From: a virus
Lineage: Duplodnaviria; Caudoviricetes
Direction: 5' to 3' (one strand)
IMG/VR virus record: IMGVR_UViG_3300020183_000077
Location: 1-62,070 of that record
Length of the DNA: 62,070 nucleotides
Shown: one piece after another, positions 39,695-49,488 of the stretch
Numbering within the stretch: position 1 is the stretch's first letter
Layout of the letters: the number at the start of each line of letters is the position of its first letter
Program-made: the position numbers and the translations under genes
Notes under the pieces: model-generated
What the model saw: only the letters and a program-made list of their open reading frames with translations
What the model was told of the DNA's origin: nothing
The model's database searches: none

Positions 39695-41878
39695 ATGTCC
39701 GTTAACCTAGAAGTTAAAGGTTCTCTTGCCAAATGTCTGGCAACTGAGAACTTGATTATTGAGCACAAGAAAGTCCCCACTGCAATGTTTGATGTGGACC
39801 GTCGTGTGCTTACTCTTCCGAGTTGGGACAAAGCATCTGCGACTGTCTATGACCTTCTGGTGGGTCATGAAGTGGGTCACGCACTTTTCACTGATAATAT
39901 TGACTGGACTGAAGAATATCCTGAAGTTCCCAAAGACTTTGTGAATGTTCTTGAGGATGTTCGTGTGGAACGTCTGATGAAGAAAAAGTATCCTGGTCTG
40001 TCTCGGACTTTTTACAATGGTTATAATGAACTGAACTCTGACGACTTCTTCTCAACGAAAGATGAGAACCTGGATGAACTGACTTTCATTGACCGAATCA
40101 ATCTCTACTACAAGATTGGTGCGTTTCATAACATTGCGTTCAATGATGAAGAGAATGAGTTTCTGACTCGTGCTTCTTTGACTGAAACCTTTGATGAAGT
40201 GCTGAAACTTGCTCGTGAAATCACTGAGTATGTGAAATACAAACGTCAGGAAGTTCAATCTATGCCTACTCAAGGTGAAGGTGATTCTTCTCAAGGTGCT
40301 GGAGAACAAACGGAAGGTTCTTCTAACGATTCTCAAGATGGAGAGAATCAAGACGGACAGAACAAATCTGAACTGGAGCAAGACTCCCAGGGTCAGTCTC
40401 AATCTGAAGGTGAATCGTTCGGTGATGAGATGAATAAATCTATGGAAGCACCAAATGGTGGTGGTTTCGGTCAGGAAGTAAGCAATCAGCACAGGGAAAC
40501 TAGCAAGGATGAACTAACTTCCAAGACTTCTCGTTCTTTTGATGAGAAATCCCAAGACCTTGTGGATAAGAATGCTCAGGAAACTCATTATGTGGAACTT
40601 CCCAAGATGAATCTTGAGACGATGATTATTCCTAATGAGTTTATTCATCGTAAAGCAACTGAGTTTTACACCAATCGTGGTTCTTACTACAAAGAAACTT
40701 TTGATTTTGCTTGTAAGGAGTATAATACTTACAAGAAATCTGCAGAAAAAGAAGTTTCTTATCTGGTAAAAGAGTTTGAGTGCAAGAAGTCTGCAGACCA
40801 GTATGCTCGTTCTAGCACTGCTCGCACGGGTGTTCTGGATACTTCCAAACTTCATACCTATAAGTTTAATGAAGACCTGTTTAAGAAGGTCTCTGTGGTC
40901 CCTGATGGCAAGAATCACGGTCTTATCTTCATTCTGGACTGGTCTGGTTCAATGAGTGAATTCATCCTGGATGCTTACAAGCAACTGCTGAATCTTATTT
41001 GGTTCTGCCGTAAGGTGAATATTCCTTTTGAGGTTTATGCTTTCACTCTGGATGCTCATTCTTATATGGAACTGCAACCCAATCATCCTCCCGTGTATGA
41101 TAAAGTTGCTGGTGTTCTCTCTCCTGAGGCAACTTTCCGTTTGATGAACTTCTTCACCAGCAAAGTCAACAACCGAGTTCTTGATGAGCAACTGAAGAAC
41201 ATCTGGTGTGCTTGTTATTCTTATCAGAAACGTTCTGGTGCTGTTCCTCCTCACCTTGACCTTTCGGGTTCTCCTATTGGTGAGAGTATGATGGCACTGC
41301 ATTCTCTGATTCCTGATTTCCAGGCAAAGAATAAACTGCAGAAGGTGAATGTTATCTTCCTGACTGATGGTGAGGGTTATCAGAATTCGGTGACGATTGC
41401 TCGTAATGGTCCTTATCCTCATTCTCCTCAATATATCGGTCATACCAAGCATCCTCGCACTGCGATTCGTGACCGCAAGACTGGTCGTGTATATCCTGCT
41501 CTGGATTATGATAACTTCCCTCGTTATGCCAAAGTTCTTCTGCAGACTGTGAAAGATAGGTTCCCGACTGTGAATCTGATTAACTTCCGCATTACTCCTG
41601 GTCGTGATTTTGCGACTTGCTATCGTTGGTATGGTGGTCAGCAAGAGAACTACGAAAAAGTAAAGTCTGATTATCGTAAGAATAGTTGTGTGCAATTTGA
41701 TGGAACTGGTTTCGACCAATTCAATGTGATTGCCTCATCTTCTCTTGCACAAGATGAAGAGTTTACTGTTCCAGAGAATGCAACGAAAGCACAAATCAAG
41801 AGCAGTTTTAGTAAGATGTTGGGTAAGAAAAAGACTAACAAGAAAATTCTTGGTTCTTTTATCAGTCTTGTTGCCTGA
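39695..41878 (+). CDS. metallopeptidase (HExxH) + vWA domain protein, CobT-like partner of CobS
   Basis: GHEVGH, NVLEDVRVE, acidic linker, DWSGS MIDAS, LTDGE. Confidence 0.88.
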   Translation: MSVNLEVKGSLAKCLATENLIIEHKKVPTAMFDVDRRVLTLPSWDKASATVYDLLVGHEVGHALFTDNIDWTEEYPEVPKDFVNVLEDVRVERLMKKKYPGLSRTFYNGYNELNSDDFFSTKDENLDELTFIDRINLYYKIGAFHNIAFNDEENEFLTRASLTETFDEVLKLAREITEYVKYKRQEVQSMPTQGEGDSSQGAGEQTEGSSNDSQDGENQDGQNKSELEQDSQGQSQSEGESFGDEMNKSMEAPNGGGFGQEVSNQHRETSKDELTSKTSRSFDEKSQDLVDKNAQETHYVELPKMNLETMIIPNEFIHRKATEFYTNRGSYYKETFDFACKEYNTYKKSAEKEVSYLVKEFECKKSADQYARSSTARTGVLDTSKLHTYKFNEDLFKKVSVVPDGKNHGLIFILDWSGSMSEFILDAYKQLLNLIWFCRKVNIPFEVYAFTLDAHSYMELQPNHPPVYDKVAGVLSPEATFRLMNFFTSKVNNRVLDEQLKNIWCACYSYQKRSGAVPPHLDLSGSPIGESMMALHSLIPDFQAKNKLQKVNVIFLTDGEGYQNSVTIARNGPYPHSPQYIGHTKHPRTAIRDRKTGRVYPALDYDNFPRYAKVLLQTVKDRFPTVNLINFRITPGRDFATCYRWYGGQQENYEKVKSDYRKNSCVQFDGTGFDQFNVIASSSLAQDEEFTVPENATKAQIKSSFSKMLGKKKTNKKILGSFISLVA

Positions 41879-41953
41879 CCACCTGGAAGAGTGTCCATTA
41901 GACACTCTTCTCTGCCAACTTTTGTTCTATAATACTTTAAGTTATTTAATACT

Positions 41954-42538
41954 ATGACTAAACCAATTCTGACACCAACTGAATATGATGCACTTTGCAA
42001 TGTTCTTGAATGGGCTTGGACTGCTGTTCATTCAGAACCAGAACTTTGTTTGAAAGATGTTGATTATTCATCTGCTTCCGCAGTTGTTTCTAAAACTAGA
42101 AGTGAAACGGGATTTTCTGTTGAATATGAACCAACTGGTATTGATCCAATCAAAACTGGTGAATGTGGTCTTGGACTTGCGGAGGCATTTGAATACACTC
42201 TCAATGATCCAGATCAACGTAATGTTATGACTATGATTGAAACGTTGATGTATAAATTGAATTGTAATCCATGTCTTGCAAATGGACTTGGCAATACTTG
42301 GGAAACTCTTGCACCTCTTGTAGATAATAATGAACGTGATCGTCTAGAAAATACCAGTGATGACCCAGATGCTACGACACAAACTCTTGAAGGATATGTT
42401 GTTGAAAGTATTGGGTTGAAAAATAAAACTGCTCGTCTTCAAGAGCATTATGATAATGTAAATGAAGCGGGATGGATTCAAATAAGTGATGACTTTTGGA
42501 TTGATGGTGGCAATTCTGACATCTTCCCGACCAGTTGA
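41954..42538 (+). CDS. hypothetical protein
   Basis: 194-aa ORF with own promoter (TATAAT at 41928). Confidence 0.65.
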   Translation: MTKPILTPTEYDALCNVLEWAWTAVHSEPELCLKDVDYSSASAVVSKTRSETGFSVEYEPTGIDPIKTGECGLGLAEAFEYTLNDPDQRNVMTMIETLMYKLNCNPCLANGLGNTWETLAPLVDNNERDRLENTSDDPDATTQTLEGYVVESIGLKNKTARLQEHYDNVNEAGWIQISDDFWIDGGNSDIFPTS

Positions 42539-42607
42539 GGCAGTGTCCACTGGATACCCCCCTATACCTTTTTCCGTGCTATGATTACGGAGTAATCAAC
42601 CAAACCG

Positions 42608-43744
42608 ATGCCCACTAAATCTAACATTATGACCGACCAAGCAATCTCCATTCTGAAGGAAAAGTTTGGCACCGAGTTTGGTGTCGATGCTGTCAAAGAA
42701 GTGGCAGATGAACTGAATACTTCTTATGCGACTCTCTCCAAGTATCTGAATCAATACAAGGTGGGTCGTGGTAAATGGAATCTGGAGCAAACCGTGCAAG
42801 ACCTAGAAGAAACTTACAACTCTGCTGCTGCAGAAGGTTCCGATACGGTTCCTGGTGTGGCAACTATGAATTCTGTCGTTCAAAATCTTATTCCCAATAA
42901 AGATGCTACCTTCGTCAGCTTTGGTAACTTTTCGGATATTAAGAAAGTTATTCAGTCTGGTCTATTCTATCCTGCTTTCATCACTGGTCTTTCTGGTAAC
43001 GGAAAAACTTTCGGTGTGGAACAGTCTTGTGCCCAACTTGGTCGGGAACTGATTCGTGTCAACATTACTGTTGAAACTGATGAGGATGACTTGATTGGTG
43101 GTTTCCGTCTTGTAAATGGGGAAACAGTATGGCATAACGGTCCTGTTGTAGAAGCAATGGAACGAGGTGCTATCCTCCTGCTGGATGAGATTGACCTGGC
43201 ATCTAACAAGATTATGTGTCTGCAATCTGTCCTTGAGGGTAAGGGTGTATTCCTCAAGAAAATCGGTAAGCACGTTGTGCCTAAAGCAGGTTTCAATGTG
43301 ATTGCAACTGCGAACACCAAGGGTAAGGGTTCTGATGATGGTCGTTTCATTGGCACCAATGTTCTCAACGAGGCATTCCTGGAACGATTCCCTATCACCT
43401 TTGAGCAGGAGTATCCTACAATCAGTGTTGAGACTAAAATCTTGACTAAAGTTGCAGAATCTCTTAATATTCCTATGATTGGTGAGCATATTGATTTCAT
43501 CAAGCACCTTTGCACTTGGTCTGAGATTATTCGTAAGACCTTCAACGATGGTGGTATTGATGAAGTCATCAGCACTCGTCGTCTGGTTCATATCATTAAG
43601 GCATATTCTATCTTCGGTAAGAAGGACAAAGCAATCAAGGTTTGTCTGAATCGTTTTGATGATGAAACCAAAACAACCTTTGTTGAGTTGTATGACAAAA
43701 TCGATGCTGAATTTAAGCAACCCGACACAGAGGAGGTGGGGTAA
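42608..43744 (+). CDS. cobS: CobS/MoxR-like AAA+ ATPase
   Basis: GLSGNGKT, DEDDLIGG, LLLDEID, TANTKG.G, NEAFLERF, STRRL. Confidence 0.92.
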   Translation: MPTKSNIMTDQAISILKEKFGTEFGVDAVKEVADELNTSYATLSKYLNQYKVGRGKWNLEQTVQDLEETYNSAAAEGSDTVPGVATMNSVVQNLIPNKDATFVSFGNFSDIKKVIQSGLFYPAFITGLSGNGKTFGVEQSCAQLGRELIRVNITVETDEDDLIGGFRLVNGETVWHNGPVVEAMERGAILLLDEIDLASNKIMCLQSVLEGKGVFLKKIGKHVVPKAGFNVIATANTKGKGSDDGRFIGTNVLNEAFLERFPITFEQEYPTISVETKILTKVAESLNIPMIGEHIDFIKHLCTWSEIIRKTFNDGGIDEVISTRRLVHIIKAYSIFGKKDKAIKVCLNRFDDETKTTFVELYDKIDAEFKQPDTEEVG

Positions 43745-43793
43745 ACCCCCTTCCTGACTATATAAAAACGACCCTTCTACCCTTTTTCTTCCT

Positions 43794-43940
43794 ATGAGTT
43801 CCCTTTTCTTCGAGAAAGACGCAGATTCAATCTATGAGGAGTATCAGGTTACTTCTGAGAGTTCTAATGAGCAGCAGCAAGACGAAGAAGAATATAGAGA
43901 AGATAGAATGGAACAGATGATTTCCAGACACGGTTACTGA
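43794..43940 (+). CDS. small acidic hypothetical protein
   Basis: Manual translation, 48 aa. Confidence 0.5.
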   Translation: MSSLFFEKDADSIYEEYQVTSESSNEQQQDEEEYREDRMEQMISRHGY

Positions 43941-43950
43941 TGGGGGTTTT

Positions 43951-44091
43951 ATGTTTCAAGAAGTAGAACAAAAAGTTAAACAAGAACAAATTGAAGACTT
44001 AAAGCAGTTTGCTCAGTATCTTGGAGTTGATTTTGAAGATTACCTAGAGTATCTTCATCCTGATGTTGATTTTGATGATTATTCACGGTAA
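43951..44091 (+). CDS. small hypothetical protein
   Basis: Manual translation ..FAQYLGVDFEDY.. Confidence 0.55.
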   Translation: MFQEVEQKVKQEQIEDLKQFAQYLGVDFEDYLEYLHPDVDFDDYSR

Positions 44092-44093
44092 TT

Positions 44094-44261
44094 ATGTCTG
44101 AAGAAGTGATGGATGGTTACATTAGTTCAAATGGTCTTTGGGCTGCTGTGCCTTATGGCAAAAAATACATTTCCATTTATAATGGAGAGCAAATTTGCCT
44201 GCATAATAATTTAGAGACTGCTAAAAAATTTATTCAAAAACAAAATAGAGGAAAGAAATGA
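44094..44261 (+). CDS. small hypothetical protein
   Basis: Manual translation ..GLWAAVPYGKKY..YNGEQI; ATGA overlap with next ORF. Confidence 0.6.
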   Translation: MSEEVMDGYISSNGLWAAVPYGKKYISIYNGEQICLHNNLETAKKFIQKQNRGKK

Positions 44262-44503
44262 TTACTCTAATTTATAATTTACAACAAGATGAAGACAGAG
44301 TAACTGTAACTGCAGTAGTTGAAGATGCTAGAGTAGTTTTTCCTGCAACTAGATTTGAACCAGAAGAGTATGGTCCTGCATTGTGTGAGGCAGCTTTTTA
44401 TCTAGATGAAGGAGAACTACTCCCAAAAGATGATGAAGAATTGATTACTTACCTAGAAAGTTTAAACTTGGATTGGGAAGTAATTTCTATGGATGATTAT
44501 TAA
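44258..44503 (+). CDS. hypothetical protein
   Basis: ORF track; EPEEYGPALC. Confidence 0.65.
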   Translation: MITLIYNLQQDEDRVTVTAVVEDARVVFPATRFEPEEYGPALCEAAFYLDEGELLPKDDEELITYLESLNLDWEVISMDDY

Positions 44504-44544
44504 AAAATATCAAGGTTAAATATTAATAGAACTGAGGTAAAGAA

Positions 44545-44715
44545 ATGGTTGTACTATTATCAACAACCATAATAACTTGCACCCAAGCACTGAGCTTAAT
44601 TAATAGAGTCTCTACTGTTGTAGGATTGACGGATATACAAAGAAAAGAAATAGTGCTAGAGTTAAAAAAGATAATTCCGTCTTGCCCAGTTAAAATAAAC
44701 AACAAGGAGAAATAA
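44545..44715 (+). CDS. small hypothetical protein
   Basis: SD GAGG upstream; 56 aa with two Cys. Confidence 0.5.
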   Translation: MVVLLSTTIITCTQALSLINRVSTVVGLTDIQRKEIVLELKKIIPSCPVKINNKEK

Positions 44716-44716
44716 T

Positions 44717-44914
44717 ATGGAAAAACCATATTTTATGTACGATGCTGAGTCAAAAAAAGACAAATGGAATCGTGGTCTGGATTTATTCATTGAGAGTGTA
44801 CATAAACCAGATAGTGAACTGAGGCAAGCGGCACACGATCAAAAGTGCTTTCATGAATTGATGGACGTGAGAGAAAACGTTCTGGAGTATCTTAAAACTA
44901 TTAGATGGTACTGA
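44717..44914 (+). CDS. hypothetical protein
   Basis: SD AGGAG; WNRGLDLFIESV.KPD. Confidence 0.7.
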   Translation: MEKPYFMYDAESKKDKWNRGLDLFIESVHKPDSELRQAAHDQKCFHELMDVRENVLEYLKTIRWY

Positions 44915-45486
44915 TGGAAGACTACAACCCTTCATTTGAAATTCTTCATTTTTCTTACCGTAATTGGAAATCATATCATGAGCAAGGTTGTTATAATGTG
45001 AACCTTGTCTTTCGTGCATCTGATACTGATGATGAATATTACAGTTCAAAGCAAAGATTTATGTACGAGACAGAAGAATGGCATAAATCTGAAATTGTTC
45101 AAGACCTTGAACTAGAAAAAAAATACATATATGGTCTTAAAGCAAAAATTAAAAAAACAGGCAAAGATTTGTTTGATGATTGGAAAGAAGAAAAAGAAAG
45201 TGAAGATTTTGACCCAAATGAGTTAGTTGAAATTGATATTGTAAATGAGGAGGGAATAGATAGAGAAGATGTTTATATTGAAGGGTATCAAAGAAACGAC
45301 TCAATGATGCTTCAATATGTTGAAAAATTCAATGTATTTCGTTTTTATGAATTTTTTGAAATTAATCCAGCAACAAAAGGAATTATTGAATATATTGAAG
45401 AATTGAAAGGATTGACTAATCCCGATCAATATCATGCTGGACAATTTCTGAGAGCAATTAAATCTTTAGAAAATTGGTGGGATTAG
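44914..45486 (+). CDS. hypothetical protein
   Basis: Tightly packed ORF ending in WWD. Confidence 0.65.
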   Translation: MEDYNPSFEILHFSYRNWKSYHEQGCYNVNLVFRASDTDDEYYSSKQRFMYETEEWHKSEIVQDLELEKKYIYGLKAKIKKTGKDLFDDWKEEKESEDFDPNELVEIDIVNEEGIDREDVYIEGYQRNDSMMLQYVEKFNVFRFYEFFEINPATKGIIEYIEELKGLTNPDQYHAGQFLRAIKSLENWWD

Positions 45487-45487
45487 A

Positions 45488-45727
45488 ATGGAAATCTACT
45501 ATTTTTGGTTTTTTCTTTTTGCTGTAACAGCATACTTCATTGTTACAGATGAAAGTGTTGTTAAACTTGTAAATTATACAAATAAGTTATTGAGATTTCA
45601 ATATGAAAAAACTAAGTGGTGGTTAATATATAATCCAAAAACACCTTGGGCAAGATATTCAATGCATCGTCGTTCGATGAGACTTGCAGAAGAATTACTA
45701 AAAGACTTAGAATCAAAATCTAAATAA
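45488..45727 (+). CDS. membrane-anchored hypothetical protein
   Basis: N-terminal hydrophobic segment. Confidence 0.6.
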   Translation: MEIYYFWFFLFAVTAYFIVTDESVVKLVNYTNKLLRFQYEKTKWWLIYNPKTPWARYSMHRRSMRLAEELLKDLESKSK

Positions 45728-45750
45728 AAAATATAACAATTTGATTAATT

Positions 45751-46434
45751 ATGGAAATTACTAGACAATTTCAATACGATCTTCCCGACGATTATCTATC
45801 ATATGAAACTACTTTGGGATTGAAAGCCGATTGGACTTATACTGGACCAGAAAAAGTTTGGGTCTTTGTAGATAAAGAGACAAATAAATTAATAAGACAG
45901 GAGGGTTTTATAGAATATCTTGATGATATTGACTGTGAATTTCAACTTGTTGCAATGGAAAGACGTGCAGGATTAGGGTCATATGTAGTCTTGCTTGATT
46001 TTGAAAATGATCCATTGCTTCTTGCAGCAGTTGCAGTGCCTCCTCCAGATATGAAAGATATGGAAGTAAAAAATTATTATCATCATGAAACTGGTGAATG
46101 GATTTATGCCAGACCAAATCCAACTACACCTTGTCATACGATTGAGATTGGAGAGTGTGAATATGATTTTGAACAAAAAGAATGGAAAAAACCATACCCT
46201 TGGAAGAAACCACATCTGAATAGAGAAGACTATATAATTGGTTATAAAAATCAATTAGAATTTCTACAAAAATTAGATACCTCAAATTTCAGTGAAAAGC
46301 AAAAAGAATTATGGCAAAAATTCATGCCAGAGTATGAAAATCTTTTAGTGAAATATGAAAGATATCTAGATACTCCTTGGATGATTAGGGGACCAGAAAT
46401 TCCCATTTACAGTAAAGATTGGGATACTTTGTGA
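45751..46434 (+). CDS. late hypothetical protein
   Basis: TAAATA at 45721; 227-aa ORF. Confidence 0.6.
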   Translation: MEITRQFQYDLPDDYLSYETTLGLKADWTYTGPEKVWVFVDKETNKLIRQEGFIEYLDDIDCEFQLVAMERRAGLGSYVVLLDFENDPLLLAAVAVPPPDMKDMEVKNYYHHETGEWIYARPNPTTPCHTIEIGECEYDFEQKEWKKPYPWKKPHLNREDYIIGYKNQLEFLQKLDTSNFSEKQKELWQKFMPEYENLLVKYERYLDTPWMIRGPEIPIYSKDWDTL

Positions 46435-46464
46435 AAAATAAATAACCATGTTAGAGGATAAAAC

Positions 46465-46779
46465 ATGCTTTCTACACAATACCGTCTTCGTCTTGAAGCA
46501 ATCTGCGATAAGATTATAATGCACGAAGAAGTATCTTTAGATGATATGATTTGGGCAGAAAAACTTGCTAAAGCAAATCGCACAGCAGGAACAATACTGC
46601 GTCAAGCAAGACGTAGGGCAGAGAACCCAGATATGAATGAAATGGATGATTTTCTCAATCAACTTGATATTGGTGGATTTGGAAATGAGAGGTTTGGCAA
46701 GAGAGGATTTGATAGTATTGATGATATGTTAGATTGGTGGACTGAAGATAAACCAGATGACTGGAGGCAGAGAGACTAA
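46465..46779 (+). CDS. conserved cyanophage hypothetical protein
   Basis: MLSTQYRLRLEAIC...DDWRQRD. Confidence 0.7.
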   Translation: MLSTQYRLRLEAICDKIIMHEEVSLDDMIWAEKLAKANRTAGTILRQARRRAENPDMNEMDDFLNQLDIGGFGNERFGKRGFDSIDDMLDWWTEDKPDDWRQRD

Positions 46780-47012
46780 TGCAGGCAGTTCTTTATACAG
46801 ATGGAAGTCAAGAGTGTGAACGCATTCGTATGCTTCTTAAAAGTTTGGGTGGAGAGTATTTAGAGTATCAACTTGGTGTTGATTTTAGTGATAGACAATT
46901 CAGAGCAGAATTTGGAAAGGATGCCGTATATCCTCAGATTACAATTAACCATGAACATATTGGTAGTCTTAAAGAAACACTACAATACTTCAAAGAGAGA
47001 AACTTAATTTGA
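46779..47012 (+). CDS. glutaredoxin-like protein (single Cys)
   Basis: Grx-fold motifs F..EFG....YPQI, HIG; SQEC instead of CxxC. Confidence 0.75.
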   Translation: MQAVLYTDGSQECERIRMLLKSLGGEYLEYQLGVDFSDRQFRAEFGKDAVYPQITINHEHIGSLKETLQYFKERNLI

Positions 47013-47067
47013 ACTACCTATTGACAAATACAAACCATAGGTGTACAGTAAATGTATATACTTTTTT

Positions 47068-47277
47068 ATGATGAACTATAAACCTTATACTTTAGAGTGG
47101 TCAAGAAAAAGATACTTAAATGAAGCAATTCAAAAGTATTTTGAATCTGGAGTTGATGCCGAAATTATCATTGATGATATTATTGATTGTTTAAGTGAAA
47201 CAATGTCATACCATAATACGCAATCAGAAAGGATTAAAATTGTTATGGATTCAATTAATAAATTTCGCAGTGACTGA
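47068..47277 (+). CDS. hypothetical protein
   Basis: YKPY.LEW.R.RYL..AI..YF. Confidence 0.6.
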   Translation: MMNYKPYTLEWSRKRYLNEAIQKYFESGVDAEIIIDDIIDCLSETMSYHNTQSERIKIVMDSINKFRSD

Positions 47278-47497
47278 AAGTTCTTTTGTGCCGCCATTTG
47301 TTATTGGTGAAAACGTAGAATTTATTGGATGCCCAAAGGAGCAAATCCATTGGGGCAACAACGATGACCCCAATGGATTTTTGATTGTCGGAAAAACTTA
47401 TAAAGTAACCAAAGTAGATATTCATTCTCAGCATACAAAAATTTCAGTTGAGGGAGTAGTTGGAAGATTTAATAGTGTGTGCTTTGCCAGTCTTTAA
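47270..47497 (+). CDS. hypothetical protein
   Basis: WGNNDDP, H.QHTK, FNSVCF. Confidence 0.6.
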   Translation: MTESSFVPPFVIGENVEFIGCPKEQIHWGNNDDPNGFLIVGKTYKVTKVDIHSQHTKISVEGVVGRFNSVCFASL

Positions 47498-47567
47498 ACT
47501 GTCACAGTACCTGCCTCACTGACCCTAAACCGTGCTATAATAAAGAGGAAGAAGACAATACTCTTTC

Positions 47568-47885
47568 TTGATGATTGGAACCTTGATTGCTGGACTGACT
47601 TGTGGTATCGCAACTTTTTACGGAGTCGGAGATGGATTTCATGGACAAACTACGGCAAATGGTGAGCGGTTTGATGCTTATCGTTGGACTGCAGCTCATC
47701 CTTATCTACCTATGGGTACACGCATACGAGTAACTAATCAAGATAATTTAAAACAAGTAGTTGTTCGTATCAATGACAGAGGACCTTATTCACATGCAGA
47801 TTTGGATTTAAGTTATGCTGCATTTAGCCATATTGCTTCTCCTCGTCGGGGGAATGCTGTTGTATGTTTCCGTATTATTGGGTAA
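47568..47885 (+). CDS. RlpA-like double-psi beta-barrel lytic transglycosylase
   Basis: FHGQTTANGE, TAAH..LP.GT, VRINDRGPY, DLSYAAF. Confidence 0.9.
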   Translation: MMIGTLIAGLTCGIATFYGVGDGFHGQTTANGERFDAYRWTAAHPYLPMGTRIRVTNQDNLKQVVVRINDRGPYSHADLDLSYAAFSHIASPRRGNAVVCFRIIG

Positions 47886-47890
47886 TAAAA

Positions 47891-48157
47891 ATGACTGAAA
47901 AAAAACCTGCTGCAAAGAAGACTACTTCTAAGAAAGTAGCAACCCCAAAGAAAAAACAACCTCAACTAAAAATTACGGAGTCTGATAAACAAACATTTCC
48001 TTATAGTCAATTTCCTGTTAAAATCATTCATAAAGATGGTAAGGATTTATGTGAAACAAAAACCTGCTATTTTCAGAGTGAGCATTATGCACAAAAATAT
48101 ATTGTAAGATGCAACTTTAAAAAATCAGACTATCAAATTTTTATAAAGAAATCATGA
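47891..48157 (+). CDS. hypothetical protein
   Basis: K-rich N-terminus; KTCYFQ..HY..KY..R. Confidence 0.6.
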   Translation: MTEKKPAAKKTTSKKVATPKKKQPQLKITESDKQTFPYSQFPVKIIHKDGKDLCETKTCYFQSEHYAQKYIVRCNFKKSDYQIFIKKS

Positions 48158-48831
48158 TTGACGATCAACATAAATTTGAATATGAGTTTAATTCTCACTG
48201 GTTTAATTCACCTGGTTATTTGACATGCACTGTTCCAGAGTGCGTCAAAGAGGAAATTCAAAATTTAATAAAAGAGATTGAAAATGGTGATGTTGAAGTT
48301 ACTGATTATAGAGGTAAACTTGCAGGACATTTAGGTAAAGAAACTTCTCTCCCAATTCAACCAAGGTTAAAATATCTGGTTGAAACAATGTGCTATGAAT
48401 ATGATAAAGTTTTTTTAAATGGAAAAACTGCAGTACATCATATGTACACTGAAAAAGAGTTTAATAGTGGTTGGAAATATGAACTAAAAACTTTGTGGAT
48501 TAACTATGCAAAAAAACATGATTTTAATCCTACTCATAATCACTCTGGACTTTACTCATTTGTTATTTGGGTTCAAATACCATATGATTTAAATGAAGAG
48601 TTGTCCGTTTATCCTGCTAATGGAAATCAAACATCATTATTTTCATTCAGATATATAGATTATCTTGGAGAAATCGTCTCTCATAATTTGAATATAAGCA
48701 AGTCATGGGAATGGGAAATGGCACTATTTCCTGCAAAATTACATCATGGAGTAAATCCTTTTTATACAAGTGATGGAACTAGGATATCAATTTCTGGAAA
48801 CATTTATTCGACATTAACTAATGAAAATTAA
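48154..48831 (+). CDS. 2OG-Fe(II) oxygenase
   Basis: WIN, FNP.HNH.G..SF, LFPA.L.H.V.PF, RISISGN. Confidence 0.85.
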   Translation: MIDDQHKFEYEFNSHWFNSPGYLTCTVPECVKEEIQNLIKEIENGDVEVTDYRGKLAGHLGKETSLPIQPRLKYLVETMCYEYDKVFLNGKTAVHHMYTEKEFNSGWKYELKTLWINYAKKHDFNPTHNHSGLYSFVIWVQIPYDLNEELSVYPANGNQTSLFSFRYIDYLGEIVSHNLNISKSWEWEMALFPAKLHHGVNPFYTSDGTRISISGNIYSTLTNEN

Positions 48832-49048
48832 AAATGCCTGGAGATGGTGGGCAAAAGCATTAGGTGAGAAAGTGGGAAAAGATGATAGAGAATCAGATAA
48901 TGTTGCCTATATACGTACTTTCATATTTTTCACCTATCTTATCACCAATTGTTTTATTGTTGCTGGTGTAGTTCGACACTGGAATGATGAAACGCAAATT
49001 ATAATTCAAGTTGAAGAAAAAACTTATGGAACCCCAGTTGTACGATGA
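48821..49048 (+). CDS. small membrane protein
   Basis: WRWWAKALGEK...TM segment..RHW. Confidence 0.7.
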   Translation: MKIKNAWRWWAKALGEKVGKDDRESDNVAYIRTFIFFTYLITNCFIVAGVVRHWNDETQIIIQVEEKTYGTPVVR

Positions 49049-49232
49049 TTGTTTTTATGTTCAGCAAAAAAAGTATGGTCTATGGTACTCAACTGACAAA
49101 GATGGGAACGGACTTATCACATCTCTCTCTGAAGACCTGTGTGTGGCAGCAACCCGTTTTTACCTTAAAGGACGGCAGGAAGATTTCGTTGAATCCAAAG
49201 TCTATGAGGGGAAAGTAGGAGGAAAGTTGTGA
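49026..49232 (+). CDS. hypothetical protein
   Basis: C..ATRFYLK, Y.G.VGGKL. Confidence 0.65.
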   Translation: MEPQLYDDCFYVQQKKYGLWYSTDKDGNGLITSLSEDLCVAATRFYLKGRQEDFVESKVYEGKVGGKL

Positions 49233-49372
49233 GTGCAGAAAAACAAAGTCTTACTAAACCAATTATAATTCTTTTAAGTATATTAATTTTATTTGACTTA
49301 GCAACTATTGCTGGTATACTTATACATGGAAAAGCAAACTTTCCTGAACTCATTAAGCACTTAAAAACATGA
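49229..49372 (+). CDS. small membrane protein
   Basis: GTG start after AGGAGG; hydrophobic core. Confidence 0.45.
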   Translation: MSAEKQSLTKPIIILLSILILFDLATIAGILIHGKANFPELIKHLKT

Positions 49373-49488
49373 CACAAAGAACTTATACTCAAAAAGATGG
49401 AACCATCTGGGAATGGGAAGAAACAAAAGAAACTGTAGATGCACTTAAAGAATATCAGAAAATAGAAGCAGAAAATAAGAGCAAATGA
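49369..49488 (+). CDS. small hypothetical protein
   Basis: MTQRTYTQKDGTIWEWEET; ATGA overlaps at both ends. Confidence 0.5.
   Translation: MTQRTYTQKDGTIWEWEETKETVDALKEYQKIEAENKSK

Noticed and set aside
40052-43720. Long antisense ORFs opposite the vWA and cobS genes (also opposite gp32)
   Set aside because: Shadow ORFs from biased codon usage of the sense genes; no motifs, SD or promoter
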